This document shows, piece after piece, positions 1-8,346 of a stretch of 64,000 nucleotides of DNA (position 1 is the first letter of the stretch; every line of letters starts with the position of its first letter). The translations under genes and the position numbers were made by a program. The DNA is from Burkholderiales bacterium (lineage in GTDB: Bacteria > Pseudomonadota > Gammaproteobacteria > Burkholderiales > JAHFRG01). Under the pieces are notes generated by a model. The model ran no database searches. It saw only the letters and a list, made by a program, of their open reading frames with translations, and was not told the DNA's origin. Where the stretch lies: contig DASZZH010000025.1 in the NCBI GenBank assembly GCA_035543335.1, forward strand, positions 184,185 to 248,184, in the 5' to 3' direction.

Positions 1-456
1 TTGGAGCAGGTCGAATTCATGGTCAGCACGCATAAAAGCCTGCCGTTGCGGCCGCTTTCCAAGGTTGCATCCGGCGGTGAATTGTCGCGCATCAGCTTGG
101 GTGTACAGGTCGTGACCAGCAAAGTCGGCGCGTTGCCCACGCTGATTTTCGACGAAGTGGACGCCGGCATCGGCGGCCGCGTCGCCGAAATCGTCGGGCG
201 CTTGCTTAAAAAACTCGGTAAGGAACGCCAGGTGCTGTGCATCACGCACTTGCCGCAAGTTGCGGCGGCGGGCGATCAGCAGTGGCAAGTAAGCAAAACC
301 TCGGTCAACAGTTCGGTCCTGAGCCGCATCGAAGTCATGGACGAAAAAGCGCGCATCGAGGAAATCGCGCGTATGCTGGGCGGCGTCAAAATCACCGAAA
401 CCACGCGCAAGCACGCGGCGGAGATGCTAAGCGGCATTACAACCGGGAAGCGCTAG
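1..456 (+). CDS. recN: DNA repair protein RecN, C-terminal part (5' end lies outside the window)
   Basis: The ORF is open from the window edge. It carries the ABC/SMC signature GGELSRISL, the Walker B motif LIFDEVDAGIGG, and CITHLPQVAA. Confidence 0.9.
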   Translation: MEQVEFMVSTHKSLPLRPLSKVASGGELSRISLGVQVVTSKVGALPTLIFDEVDAGIGGRVAEIVGRLLKKLGKERQVLCITHLPQVAAAGDQQWQVSKTSVNSSVLSRIEVMDEKARIEEIARMLGGVKITETTRKHAAEMLSGITTGKR

Positions 457-540
457 CTTGTTATCTCAATGCCGGATGAATGATCATGGCTGTGGACAAA
501 TGGCCATGAGTGGAATAATCCGAAAGACGAAGAATGCCTG

Positions 541-1194
541 ATGCGAAAAGTCGTCAAGATTTCGTTTTTTTCGCTGCTGGTGCTTTTGCTTCTGGCCGGC
601 TCGTTGTTTTCCGCGTGGATTTACACGTACAACAGACTGACTGCGGAGACATTAATAGCCGAAATAAGCTTTGACCGGATTGGAAAGCAGGTATACAAAG
701 CCAATTTGGCCAGAGGTGATTTGTGTGCTGTGGAAGCGTATACGATTTACGGAGATCAATGGCGAATCGACGCCGAATTCCTGAAGTGGAAGTACTGGGC
801 AAATTTGCTGGGTTTGGATTCGCTGTACCGCCTGAATCGAATCGAAGGCAGATATCAGAATGTTGAGGATCAAAATAACAAACCGAAACATGCCTATGAG
901 CTGGGCTCAAAAACCGCATTGGATATTGTCGGAATCGCAAAAGCTCTTGGCCGGTTTAACTTCTTATTGGATGCCGCCTACGGAAGCTCCACTTACAAGG
1001 ACATCGAGACTGATAATATATTCAAGGTATACAAGACGCAGATCGGGATCATTACTCGAACAGCGCCGAGGAAAAAGGATGTGCTTGGCCGAGACCTGCC
1101 GAACATCGAAATAACCAATGCATGCAATCTCGAGCCGGGTATCTGGGGGGCCTTCTCCAAGTGGATAAACAAACAAGCAATCAAGTTCCTTTAG
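541..1194 (+). CDS. Hypothetical membrane-anchored protein
   Basis: 217-aa ORF with an N-terminal hydrophobic helix (FFSLLVLLLLAGSLFSAWIY). No family recognised. GC looks lower than in the neighbouring genes. Confidence 0.5.
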   Translation: MRKVVKISFFSLLVLLLLAGSLFSAWIYTYNRLTAETLIAEISFDRIGKQVYKANLARGDLCAVEAYTIYGDQWRIDAEFLKWKYWANLLGLDSLYRLNRIEGRYQNVEDQNNKPKHAYELGSKTALDIVGIAKALGRFNFLLDAAYGSSTYKDIETDNIFKVYKTQIGIITRTAPRKKDVLGRDLPNIEITNACNLEPGIWGAFSKWINKQAIKFL

Positions 1195-1255
1195 CCGGGT
1201 TGTCGAGCGCGGCACAAATGGGGGCGAAGCGAGGCCTTGCGGCGTCGCCTGAACC

Positions 1256-2002
1256 ATGAATAAAGTGATGGTCATCACCGGCGGCAGTCGCGGCATAGGC
1301 GCGGCTACCGCGCAGCTTGCCGCGGAGCGCGGCTACGCGGTGTGCGTTAACTATATTCACAACCGGGAATCCGCCGATGCCGTGGTCGGCGCAATCGAAC
1401 GCGCCGGGGGGCGGGCCATCGCCGTGGCCGCCGACGTGGCTTCGGAATCCGAGGTAATCCTGCTGTTTGAAAGCGTAGACAAGAAACTGGGCCCAATCAC
1501 CGCGCTGGTCAACAACGCCGGGATTCTGGAACAGCAAACGAGACTCGAGAACATGAGTGCCGCCCGTCTGAACCGTATCTTTTCTACAAACATCACCGGC
1601 TGTTTCTTGTGCGCGCGCGAAGCCGTGCGGCGCATGTCCACCAAACGCGGCGGCGCAGGCGGAGCGATTGTCAACGTGTCATCGTTCGCATCGCGCCTGG
1701 GCTCTCCCGGGGAATACGTGGACTACGCCGCTTCCAAAGGCGCCATTGATACGATGACCATAGGGCTGGCCAAGGAAGTCGCCGAAGAAGGCATTCGCGT
1801 GAATGCGGTGCGACCCGGCTTTATCTACACCGACATTCACGCCAGCGGCGGCGAACCGAACCGCGTGGATCGCGTCAAGGAATTGGTGCCGATGAAGCGT
1901 GGCGGCACACCTGTCGAGGTGGCCAGGGCGATTCTGTGGCTGCTATCGGATGAGGCTTCGTACACCACCGGGGTATTTATCGATGTGACCGGAGGCAAAT
2001 AG
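1256..2002 (+). CDS. Short-chain dehydrogenase/reductase (SDR) family oxidoreductase
   Basis: Cofactor motif TGGSRGIG, NNAG, and catalytic YAASKGA (YxxxK). Confidence 0.85.
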   Translation: MNKVMVITGGSRGIGAATAQLAAERGYAVCVNYIHNRESADAVVGAIERAGGRAIAVAADVASESEVILLFESVDKKLGPITALVNNAGILEQQTRLENMSAARLNRIFSTNITGCFLCAREAVRRMSTKRGGAGGAIVNVSSFASRLGSPGEYVDYAASKGAIDTMTIGLAKEVAEEGIRVNAVRPGFIYTDIHASGGEPNRVDRVKELVPMKRGGTPVEVARAILWLLSDEASYTTGVFIDVTGGK

Positions 2003-2192
2003 CCGCCTGACACCACCGGCCAAGTTGTTTTGACAAGCGGGTATAAAGCGCGTATAACGTGCCGGGTGTTTAGTTTCAGGTGTTTGGGGTCTGAATTATT
2101 CTGGTTGTTGAATTTTCGTCCTTATTAAGCCTTGAGATTTAGACATCAGGCTTGTCCTGTTTTTTCAATTCAATTTAATTAAGGAACGTGAA

Positions 2193-2399
2193 ATGACGAC
2201 CGGAACTGTAAAGTGGTTTAACGACTCGAAAGGCTTTGGTTTCATCACCCCGGATGGTGGCGGAGAAGATTTATTCGCCCACTTCTCGGCAATCAACATG
2301 CAAGGCTTCAAAACCCTCAAAGAAGGGCAGAAAGTGTCCTTTGAGATCACCGAGGGGAATAAAGGCAAGAAGCAAGCGTCCAATATTCAGGCCGCGTAA
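2193..2399 (+). CDS. cspA: Cold-shock protein, CspA family
   Basis: 68 aa with [17 protein letters not shown] and DLFAHFSAI (RNP1/RNP2 motifs). Preceded by a long 5' leader and a GGAAC-type SD. Confidence 0.95.
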   Translation: MTTGTVKWFNDSKGFGFITPDGGGEDLFAHFSAINMQGFKTLKEGQKVSFEITEGNKGKKQASNIQAA

Positions 2400-2424
2400 A
2401 CCGCTCAAGCATTTCAGCAATAAA

Positions 2425-2453
2425 GAAGCCGGGCTTATGCCCGGCTTTTTTTC
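2425..2453 (+). terminator. Rho-independent terminator of cspA
   Basis: Hairpin AAGCCGGGC-TTAT-GCCCGGCTT followed by a T-run. Confidence 0.8.
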
Positions 2454-2626
2454 TGGCGGAACAGGGCAGGCTTACGCACGCGGCGGAGATGCTGGAAATT
2501 AAAAGCTGAACCGCAAAGGACGCGAAGAAAAATCAAGTTTGGATGGCGCAATTCGAGCCCTGATCGGCTCCCCCAACAGAGCAAATCTGGCTGCTAAGGG
2601 TGGCGCTAAGCTAACGTTTAAGGTTA

Positions 2627-2903
2627 GCAGGGTGTTGAAAAACTCTCCGGGAGCCGCGTTTGACACGAAAAATGCTCAGATGCAAGGCGCGCGACGAAGG
2701 TCGTAGCCAGGACTACGATGCCGAGGAGCGCAACGCAGCATATGGGCATTTTTCGTGCAAACCCGGCTGGGGCGTGGCTTTCCGGGCGGTCTGCTTTGTC
2801 GCTCGCCTTGCGAATAGGCAACGGCTATTCGACGCGGCTCGCTTCGCGCATCCCATCCCGGAAAGCCGACGCCGTGGCCCCGTGGAGTTCTTCAACACCC
2901 TGC
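2627..2903. repeat. Repeat element E1 (277 bp), MITE-like or structured, with its own terminal inverted repeats
   Basis: Perfect 13-bp TIR GCAGGGTGTTGAA / TTCAACACCCTGC, about 22 bp with mismatches. Three internal blocks are shared with the element at 4350-4720. The right end abuts the gloA stop codon. Confidence 0.75.
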
Positions 2904-3292
2904 TAGCCGGGCTTCTTCTGGATGAACTCAATTTTGTAGCCGTCCGGGTCTTCGATGAAAGCGATCACCGTCGTGCCGTGCTTCATGGGTCCCGCTTCGC
3001 GCGTGACTTTGCCGCCGCGCTTTTTCACTTCCTCGCACGCCCGGTAGGCGTCCGGCACTTCGATGGCGACATGGCCGTAGGCGTTGCCGAGATCATATTG
3101 AGCGGTATCCCAGTTGTGAGTAAGTTCTAGCACCGCGGTGCGGTCCTCGTTGCCATAGCCGACAAACGCCAGCGTGAAACGGCCGTCGGGATAATCGTGC
3201 CGGCGCAGCACTTTCATATCCAATACCTGAGTGTAAAAATCAATCGACCGCTGCAGATTGCCCACACGCAGCATGGTGTGCATTATCCTCAT
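2903..3292 (-). CDS. gloA: Lactoylglutathione lyase (glyoxalase I)
   Basis: [20 protein letters not shown]...HVAIEV...IEFIQ is the typical GloA pattern. The start is placed at the conserved MR(I/L)(M/L)HTMLRV rather than at the longer track ORF. Confidence 0.9.
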   Translation of the reverse strand: MRIMHTMLRVGNLQRSIDFYTQVLDMKVLRRHDYPDGRFTLAFVGYGNEDRTAVLELTHNWDTAQYDLGNAYGHVAIEVPDAYRACEEVKKRGGKVTREAGPMKHGTTVIAFIEDPDGYKIEFIQKKPG

Positions 3293-3302
3293 TCTGGTCC
3301 CT

Positions 3303-3467
3303 TCAGATTTCCACCATCTCAAAATCTTCCTTGCGCGCGCCGCATTCGGGACAGGTCCAGTTTGGCGGAAGGTCTTCCCATTTTGTCCCCGGCGCAATGC
3401 CTTCTTCAGGCAAGCCCGCGGCCTCATCATAGATGAAACCGCAGATCAGGCACATATAAGTTTTCAT
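3303..3467 (-). CDS. Rubredoxin (54 aa)
   Basis: My manual translation gives [54 protein letters not shown], with two CxxCG knuckles. It is below the length cut-off of the ORF track. Confidence 0.85.
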   Translation of the reverse strand: MKTYMCLICGFIYDEAAGLPEEGIAPGTKWEDLPPNWTCPECGARKEDFEMVEI

Positions 3468-3515
3468 GGGGCTCGCGGTTTAAGTTAAAATGCCATTTTA
3501 AACGAAATCCCCTGC

Positions 3516-4349
3516 ATGTCTCAGCCCCCGCCCATCGTGTTGTGCTTCGGCGCCACCGATCCTTCCGGCGGCGCGGGATTACAGGCTGACATCATGACGC
3601 TCTCCAGCATGGGCTGCCATCCCTTGTCCATTGTCACCGCCGTCACGATTCAAGACAGCGCGGGCGTGGAGGATTTGCTTGCGCTCGATCCGGAGTGGGT
3701 CGCCGACCAGGCGCGCTGTGTGCTGGAAGACATGGCGGTGTCCACGTTCAAGATTGGTTTGCTTGGAAGCGTGGAAATCACCGCGGCAATCGCCGAGGTC
3801 GTCTCGGACTATCCAGACATTCCGCTGGTGCTCGATCCGGTGCTGGCTTCGGGGCGCGGCGAGGAGCTTGCCAGCGAGGAAATGATTGCGGCGATGAAGG
3901 AACTTTTGATTCCGCAGACTACCCTGATTACACCGAACAGCATGGAAGCGCGGCGCCTGGCTCTGAAAGATAACAACGACAGCGACGACCCGGGCCTTTC
4001 CGAATGCGCGCAGCGGCTCTTGGACCTGGGCTGTGAATACGTGCTGATCACCGGCACGCATGAAAACACGCCGCAGGTGATCAACACGCTTTACGCGCAG
4101 GAGGGCGTTCTGCGCAACGATTCCTGGGAGCGGCTGCCGGGCAGTTATCACGGTTCCGGCTGCACTCTGGCCGCAGCGGTCGCGGCGACGCTTGCCAACG
4201 GCTTGAGCATTTCCGAGGCGGTGCGCGACGCGCAGGAATACACCTGGCATGCGCTGAAAGCGGCGTTCCGCCCGGGCATGGGGCAATACATTCCCGACCG
4301 CCTGTTCTGGGCGCGCGAAGAAGAAAATGGTGAAACCGGGCAGGATTAG
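3516..4349 (+). CDS. thiD: Hydroxymethylpyrimidine/phosphomethylpyrimidine kinase
   Basis: Ribokinase-like ThiD pattern: DPSGGAGLQADI, VLDPVLASGRG, and the C-terminal GSGCTLAAAVAA. Confidence 0.9.
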   Translation: MSQPPPIVLCFGATDPSGGAGLQADIMTLSSMGCHPLSIVTAVTIQDSAGVEDLLALDPEWVADQARCVLEDMAVSTFKIGLLGSVEITAAIAEVVSDYPDIPLVLDPVLASGRGEELASEEMIAAMKELLIPQTTLITPNSMEARRLALKDNNDSDDPGLSECAQRLLDLGCEYVLITGTHENTPQVINTLYAQEGVLRNDSWERLPGSYHGSGCTLAAAVAATLANGLSISEAVRDAQEYTWHALKAAFRPGMGQYIPDRLFWAREEENGETGQD

Positions 4350-4720
4350 GGAGCCTCTGATTAAGTCCTTCGTGAGCCGCGTTGCAGACAAAATGCGGAT
4401 GGATGTAAGGCGCGCGACGAAGGTCGTAGCTAGGACTACGACACCGAGGAGGGCCCGCGTAGCGTCGCACCTGCAAAGCTGTGCAGCGAAACGGGTCATA
4501 GCTCGCCGTATTACAGTTTCATGCACGGGCCAGCGCTCGCCTACGCGGTCGCACGTGCCGAGGCTCCACGCTTCGCGAGTCCAAGTCCGGGGCGCCTTTC
4601 CGGGCGGTCTGCTTTGTCGCTCGGCTTGCCAAGGGGAGTGACCCTTGGCTGCGCCTCGCTTCGCGCATCCCCTCCCGGAAAGCCGCCGTCGCAACCACGC
4701 GGGACCTAATCAGAGGCTCC
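4350..4720. repeat. Repeat element E2 (371 bp), same family as E1 but with different terminal inverted repeats
   Basis: 19-bp TIR GGAGCCTCTGATTAAGTCC / GGACCTAATCAGAGGCTCC with 1 mismatch. Shared blocks lie at 4407-4451, 4596-4629 and 4655-4688. It starts one base after the thiD TAG stop. Confidence 0.8.
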
Positions 4721-5334
4721 GTGGTCTTTACGCGATTACGCCCAACGAGGCCGACACTCCAAAGCTGATTCACCAGGTGAAACTCGCGCTCGAAGGCGGG
4801 ACGCGCTGGGTGCAGTATCGAAATAAAAGCGCAAACAACAAGCTCAGGCGGCGACAGGCGGAAGCGCTCGCCGCGTTGTGCAGCCAGTTCGGCGCCGCGC
4901 TCATCATCAATGATGATATCGAACTCACCCGGGCGTGCAATGCGCATGGCGCGCACCTGGGCCGGGAAGACGCATCGCTGGCGACCGCAAGAAGCTTGCT
5001 TGGGAAAAACAAAATCATCGGCGCATCGTGCTATGACCAGATCGAGCGTGCCATTGAAGCCGAAGCGCAAGGCGCGGATTATGTCGCCTTCGGCAGTTTC
5101 CATCCGTCTTCGGTCAAGTCCCACACTGTGCGGCCGCAAGTGCAATTGCTGGCCCAGGCCAGGACAAAACTTTCGGCGCCGATTGTGGCGGTTGGCGGAA
5201 TTACATTGGAAAATGCGGGCGTGTTGATAGAAGCGGGAGCGGACGCCGTGGCGGTCATCAGCGCCTTGTTCAACGCGCCCGACATCAAGACGGCGGCCAA
5301 AAAATTTAACTGCTTGTTTGCCAGCCGGCAATGA
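4645..5334 (+). CDS. thiE: Thiamine-phosphate synthase
   Basis: LRGLYAITP..., VQYRNK, INDD, and GGI..EN are ThiE patterns. The only in-frame start upstream of LRGLY is the TTG at 4645, with an AAGGGGAG SD, and it lies inside repeat E2. The start is therefore uncertain. Confidence 0.85.
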   Translation: MAAPRFAHPLPESRRRNHAGPNQRLRGLYAITPNEADTPKLIHQVKLALEGGTRWVQYRNKSANNKLRRRQAEALAALCSQFGAALIINDDIELTRACNAHGAHLGREDASLATARSLLGKNKIIGASCYDQIERAIEAEAQGADYVAFGSFHPSSVKSHTVRPQVQLLAQARTKLSAPIVAVGGITLENAGVLIEAGADAVAVISALFNAPDIKTAAKKFNCLFASRQ

Positions 5335-6611
5335 CCAACGAGGAATTATTTCAGCGGTCGCAGCAATTCATCCCGGGCGGCGTGAATTCGCCGGTGCGCG
5401 CATACCAATCGGTGGGCGGCGTTCCGCGCTTTATCGCACGCGGCCAGGGCGCGACGGTTTTGGACGCGGAAGGGAAAAGCTATATCGACTACGTCGGCTC
5501 GTGGGGGCCGCTGATAGTCGGCCATGCCCATCCTGAAGTGGTCGCCGCCGTGCAACAAGCGGCGGAACGCGGCTTGAGCTTTGGCGCCCCCACCGCAACC
5601 GAACTGGAAATGGCCGAGTTGCTGTGCAGGTTGGTACCCTCCATGGAGCAGGTGCGGCTCACCAGTTCCGGCACCGAAGCGACGATGAGCGCCATCCGCC
5701 TCGCGCGCGGCTTCACCCAAAGAAGCCGCATTATCAAGTTCGCCGGCTGTTATCACGGCCACGCCGATGCGCTTCTGGTCAAGGCCGGCTCGGGGGCGCT
5801 CACTTTCGGCCAGCCCGATTCCGCCGGCGTGCCCGTCGAGACTGCCGCGCACACTTTGGTACTTGAATATAACGACAGCGCAGCGGTGGAAAAAACCATG
5901 AGCGAATTCGGCAATCAAATCGCCGCGGTGATAGTCGAGCCGGTGGCCGGCAACATGAATCTGGTCAAGCCCAGGCCCGAATTCCTGCAAACGCTCCGGC
6001 GCCTCTGCACCCGACACGGCGTGCTGCTGATTTTCGACGAAGTGATGACCGGATTTCGCGTGGGCCTCGGTGGCGCGCAAGGGCTTTATGCAATCAAACC
6101 CGAACTCACCACGCTCGGGAAAATCATCGGCGGCGGCATGCCGTTGGGCGCATTTGGCGGCAGACGCGACATCATGCAATGGCTGGCGCCCCTGGGTCCG
6201 GTATACCATGCGGGAACACTCTCAGGCAACCCGGTGGCGGTGGCCGCGGGGCTCGCCACGCTTAAACTTGTTCAAGCGCCCGGTTTTTACCAAAAACTTT
6301 CCGGGGTGGCCGAACGTCTCACCGCCGGCTTGAGCGCCGCCGCCCACAAGCACGGACTGGCTTTTTCAGCGCAAGCCGCAGGCGGAATGTTCGGCATTTA
6401 TTTCCGCCCAAACCCGCCGCAAAGCTTTGCCGAAGTCATACAGTGTAACCAAGTCCTGTTTAACCGCTTCTTTCACGCCATGCTCGACCGGAGTGTTTAT
6501 TTTGCTCCTTCGGCGTTTGAAGCCGGCTTCGTTTCCAGCGCGCACGGCGACGAGGAAATCGCCGCCACGCTCGCCGCGGCGGAACAGGTTTTCGCCGGCC
6601 TTAAATCATGA
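5331..6611 (+). CDS. hemL: Glutamate-1-semialdehyde 2,1-aminomutase
   Basis: 426 aa with [19 protein letters not shown] and TLGKIIGGG (PLP lysine region). It overlaps the thiE stop by 4 nt. Confidence 0.95.
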   Translation: MTNEELFQRSQQFIPGGVNSPVRAYQSVGGVPRFIARGQGATVLDAEGKSYIDYVGSWGPLIVGHAHPEVVAAVQQAAERGLSFGAPTATELEMAELLCRLVPSMEQVRLTSSGTEATMSAIRLARGFTQRSRIIKFAGCYHGHADALLVKAGSGALTFGQPDSAGVPVETAAHTLVLEYNDSAAVEKTMSEFGNQIAAVIVEPVAGNMNLVKPRPEFLQTLRRLCTRHGVLLIFDEVMTGFRVGLGGAQGLYAIKPELTTLGKIIGGGMPLGAFGGRRDIMQWLAPLGPVYHAGTLSGNPVAVAAGLATLKLVQAPGFYQKLSGVAERLTAGLSAAAHKHGLAFSAQAAGGMFGIYFRPNPPQSFAEVIQCNQVLFNRFFHAMLDRSVYFAPSAFEAGFVSSAHGDEEIAATLAAAEQVFAGLKS

Positions 6612-7198
6612 CCGTGTTGACCAAGCAGTTGTCGACGTTGAGCCGGGAGGCGTTGCGCCAGCATTTTTTTGCGCTCCCCGCCGACGATATCCGCCTGCGC
6701 TTTGGCAGCAGCATGAGCAGGGAGGGTATCGACACTTATGTTGACAAGATCGATTTCGACCGCGACGCGGTGTTCGGGGTGTTCGATGAAAACCTGCGGT
6801 TGGTCGGGGTCGCGCACCTGGCCCTCGACCCGGAACACGATGTGGCGGAATTCGGGGTGAGCGTTTTGCTCGGCCGTCGCCGGCAGGGCATCGGCTCGGC
6901 GCTGTTTCAGCGCGCCGAGGCACACGCAAGGAACCACTACATCAAGACGCTGTTCATACACTGCCTTACCGAAAACCAGCCGATAATGCACATCGCGCAA
7001 AAATCAGGAATGCGAGTGGTGACGGGCGCCGGCGAATCCGACGCGCATCTGGAATTGTCGCCGCCTGCGCCAGCGAACGTCGTAAGCGAATTGATGGAGG
7101 AACGGGTTGCACTGTGGGACATCGCCATGAAAGCGCAATTTCTCTCGGCGAAAAAGATCGCCCGGGCGATGGCGGGGAAAAGCGAAAGATCAGTCTGA
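6608..7198 (+). CDS. GNAT-family N-acetyltransferase
   Basis: Acetyl-CoA motif [16 protein letters not shown] overlap with the hemL stop. Confidence 0.6.
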   Translation: MTVLTKQLSTLSREALRQHFFALPADDIRLRFGSSMSREGIDTYVDKIDFDRDAVFGVFDENLRLVGVAHLALDPEHDVAEFGVSVLLGRRRQGIGSALFQRAEAHARNHYIKTLFIHCLTENQPIMHIAQKSGMRVVTGAGESDAHLELSPPAPANVVSELMEERVALWDIAMKAQFLSAKKIARAMAGKSERSV

Positions 7199-7199
7199 A

Positions 7200-8345
7200 C
7201 TACAGCGTGCCGTAGGAATGCAGGCCGCTCAGAAACATGTTGACGCCGAGAAAAGCAAACAGGGTGACGAATAGCCCCGCCACCGCCCACCAAGCCAGCA
7301 GCGCTCCGCGCAACCCCTTGACCAAACGGATGTGCAGCCACGCGGCGTAATTGAGCCAAACGATCAAAGCCCAGGTTTCCTTCGGGTCCCACGACCAGTA
7401 GCCGCCCCAGGCTTCCGCCGCCCACATCGCGCCGAGAATGGTGGCGATGGTGAAAAAAGCAAAGCCGATGGCGATGGCCTTGTACATCAAGTCATCCAGC
7501 ACCTCCGCTGGCGGCAGATAAGCGGCCAGTCTGCCTGCCGCCACCAGCAGATAAGCCACGCCTACCATTGCCGCGAGCGAGAACGAGCCGTAGCCGATGA
7601 AATTCGCCGGCACGTGGATTTTCATCCAGTACGATTGCAGCGCCGGCACCAGCGGCTGGATGTGCTGCGCTTCGCGGTCAAACGTGTACCACAAAAGAAA
7701 CCCCACCGCCGCGGTAATCACCGGCAGCACGAAAGCGCCGAGTTGCTTGGTCGCGTAACGCCGCTCGTAGTATAGGTACAACAGCGCAGTGATGATGCAA
7801 AACAGGATGAACACTTCGTACAGATTGCTGATGGGGATGTGCCCCACATCGGCTCCGATGAGATATGACTCATACCAGCGGGTGAGCATGCCGCTCAAAC
7901 CCATCGCCAGCGCGCTCCAGGTCAGGCCGCTGGCCACGCTGCCCGCAAAAGCGGAACGGGCGATAAGCGCAAGCCAGTAGGCAAAGGTCGCCATTACGAA
8001 CAACGCGCTCATCCACATGATGGCGGACTGGCTGGAGAACAGGTATTTCAGCCAAAACACCTGGCCGGCGCGGGCGAGACTGCCCTGGTACTCAAAAATC
8101 GAGAACAGGCTCGCTGCGGCGATGACCATGAGCAGGGTGCGCAGCGGCTTCCAGTACCAGCCCAGGACGCTGAATATCACTACGGCGCCCAAAAGGAAGC
8201 CTTTCTCGTAGGCATCCATGTAGTCGCCGTAGAGGCGCAACGCAGTCACCCCGCCCGTGATGAGCAGCAGCGCGTAGGCCCAGTCGAACCAGGCGAGGTT
8301 CTTGAAGAAAGACCTGCGCGCGGGATAGTCCTGGGTTAACTCCAT
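7200..8345 (-). CDS. ccsA: Cytochrome c biogenesis protein CcsA/ResC (System II)
   Basis: Polytopic membrane protein with the Trp-rich WGGYWSWDPKETWALIVW motif. The start is chosen at the ATG at 8345, just after the ccsB stop. Confidence 0.85.
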   Translation of the reverse strand: MELTQDYPARRSFFKNLAWFDWAYALLLITGGVTALRLYGDYMDAYEKGFLLGAVVIFSVLGWYWKPLRTLLMVIAAASLFSIFEYQGSLARAGQVFWLKYLFSSQSAIMWMSALFVMATFAYWLALIARSAFAGSVASGLTWSALAMGLSGMLTRWYESYLIGADVGHIPISNLYEVFILFCIITALLYLYYERRYATKQLGAFVLPVITAAVGFLLWYTFDREAQHIQPLVPALQSYWMKIHVPANFIGYGSFSLAAMVGVAYLLVAAGRLAAYLPPAEVLDDLMYKAIAIGFAFFTIATILGAMWAAEAWGGYWSWDPKETWALIVWLNYAAWLHIRLVKGLRGALLAWWAVAGLFVTLFAFLGVNMFLSGLHSYGTL

Positions 8346-8346
8346 T

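Noticed and set aside
541-1194. A lower-GC orphan membrane protein gene as a horizontally acquired island.
   Set aside because: It is a single gene flanked directly by core genes (recN, SDR). There are no repeats, integrase or tRNA, and the compositional impression by eye is not strong enough.
2597-2626. A CTAAC...GTTAGC mini-palindrome (GCTAAGCTAACGTTTAAGGTTAGC) resembling attC cores next to repeat E1.
   Set aside because: It is only about 24 bp, with no L''/L' arms or cassette ORF, and it lies 32 kb from the integron. It is probably chance or part of the E1 insertion site.
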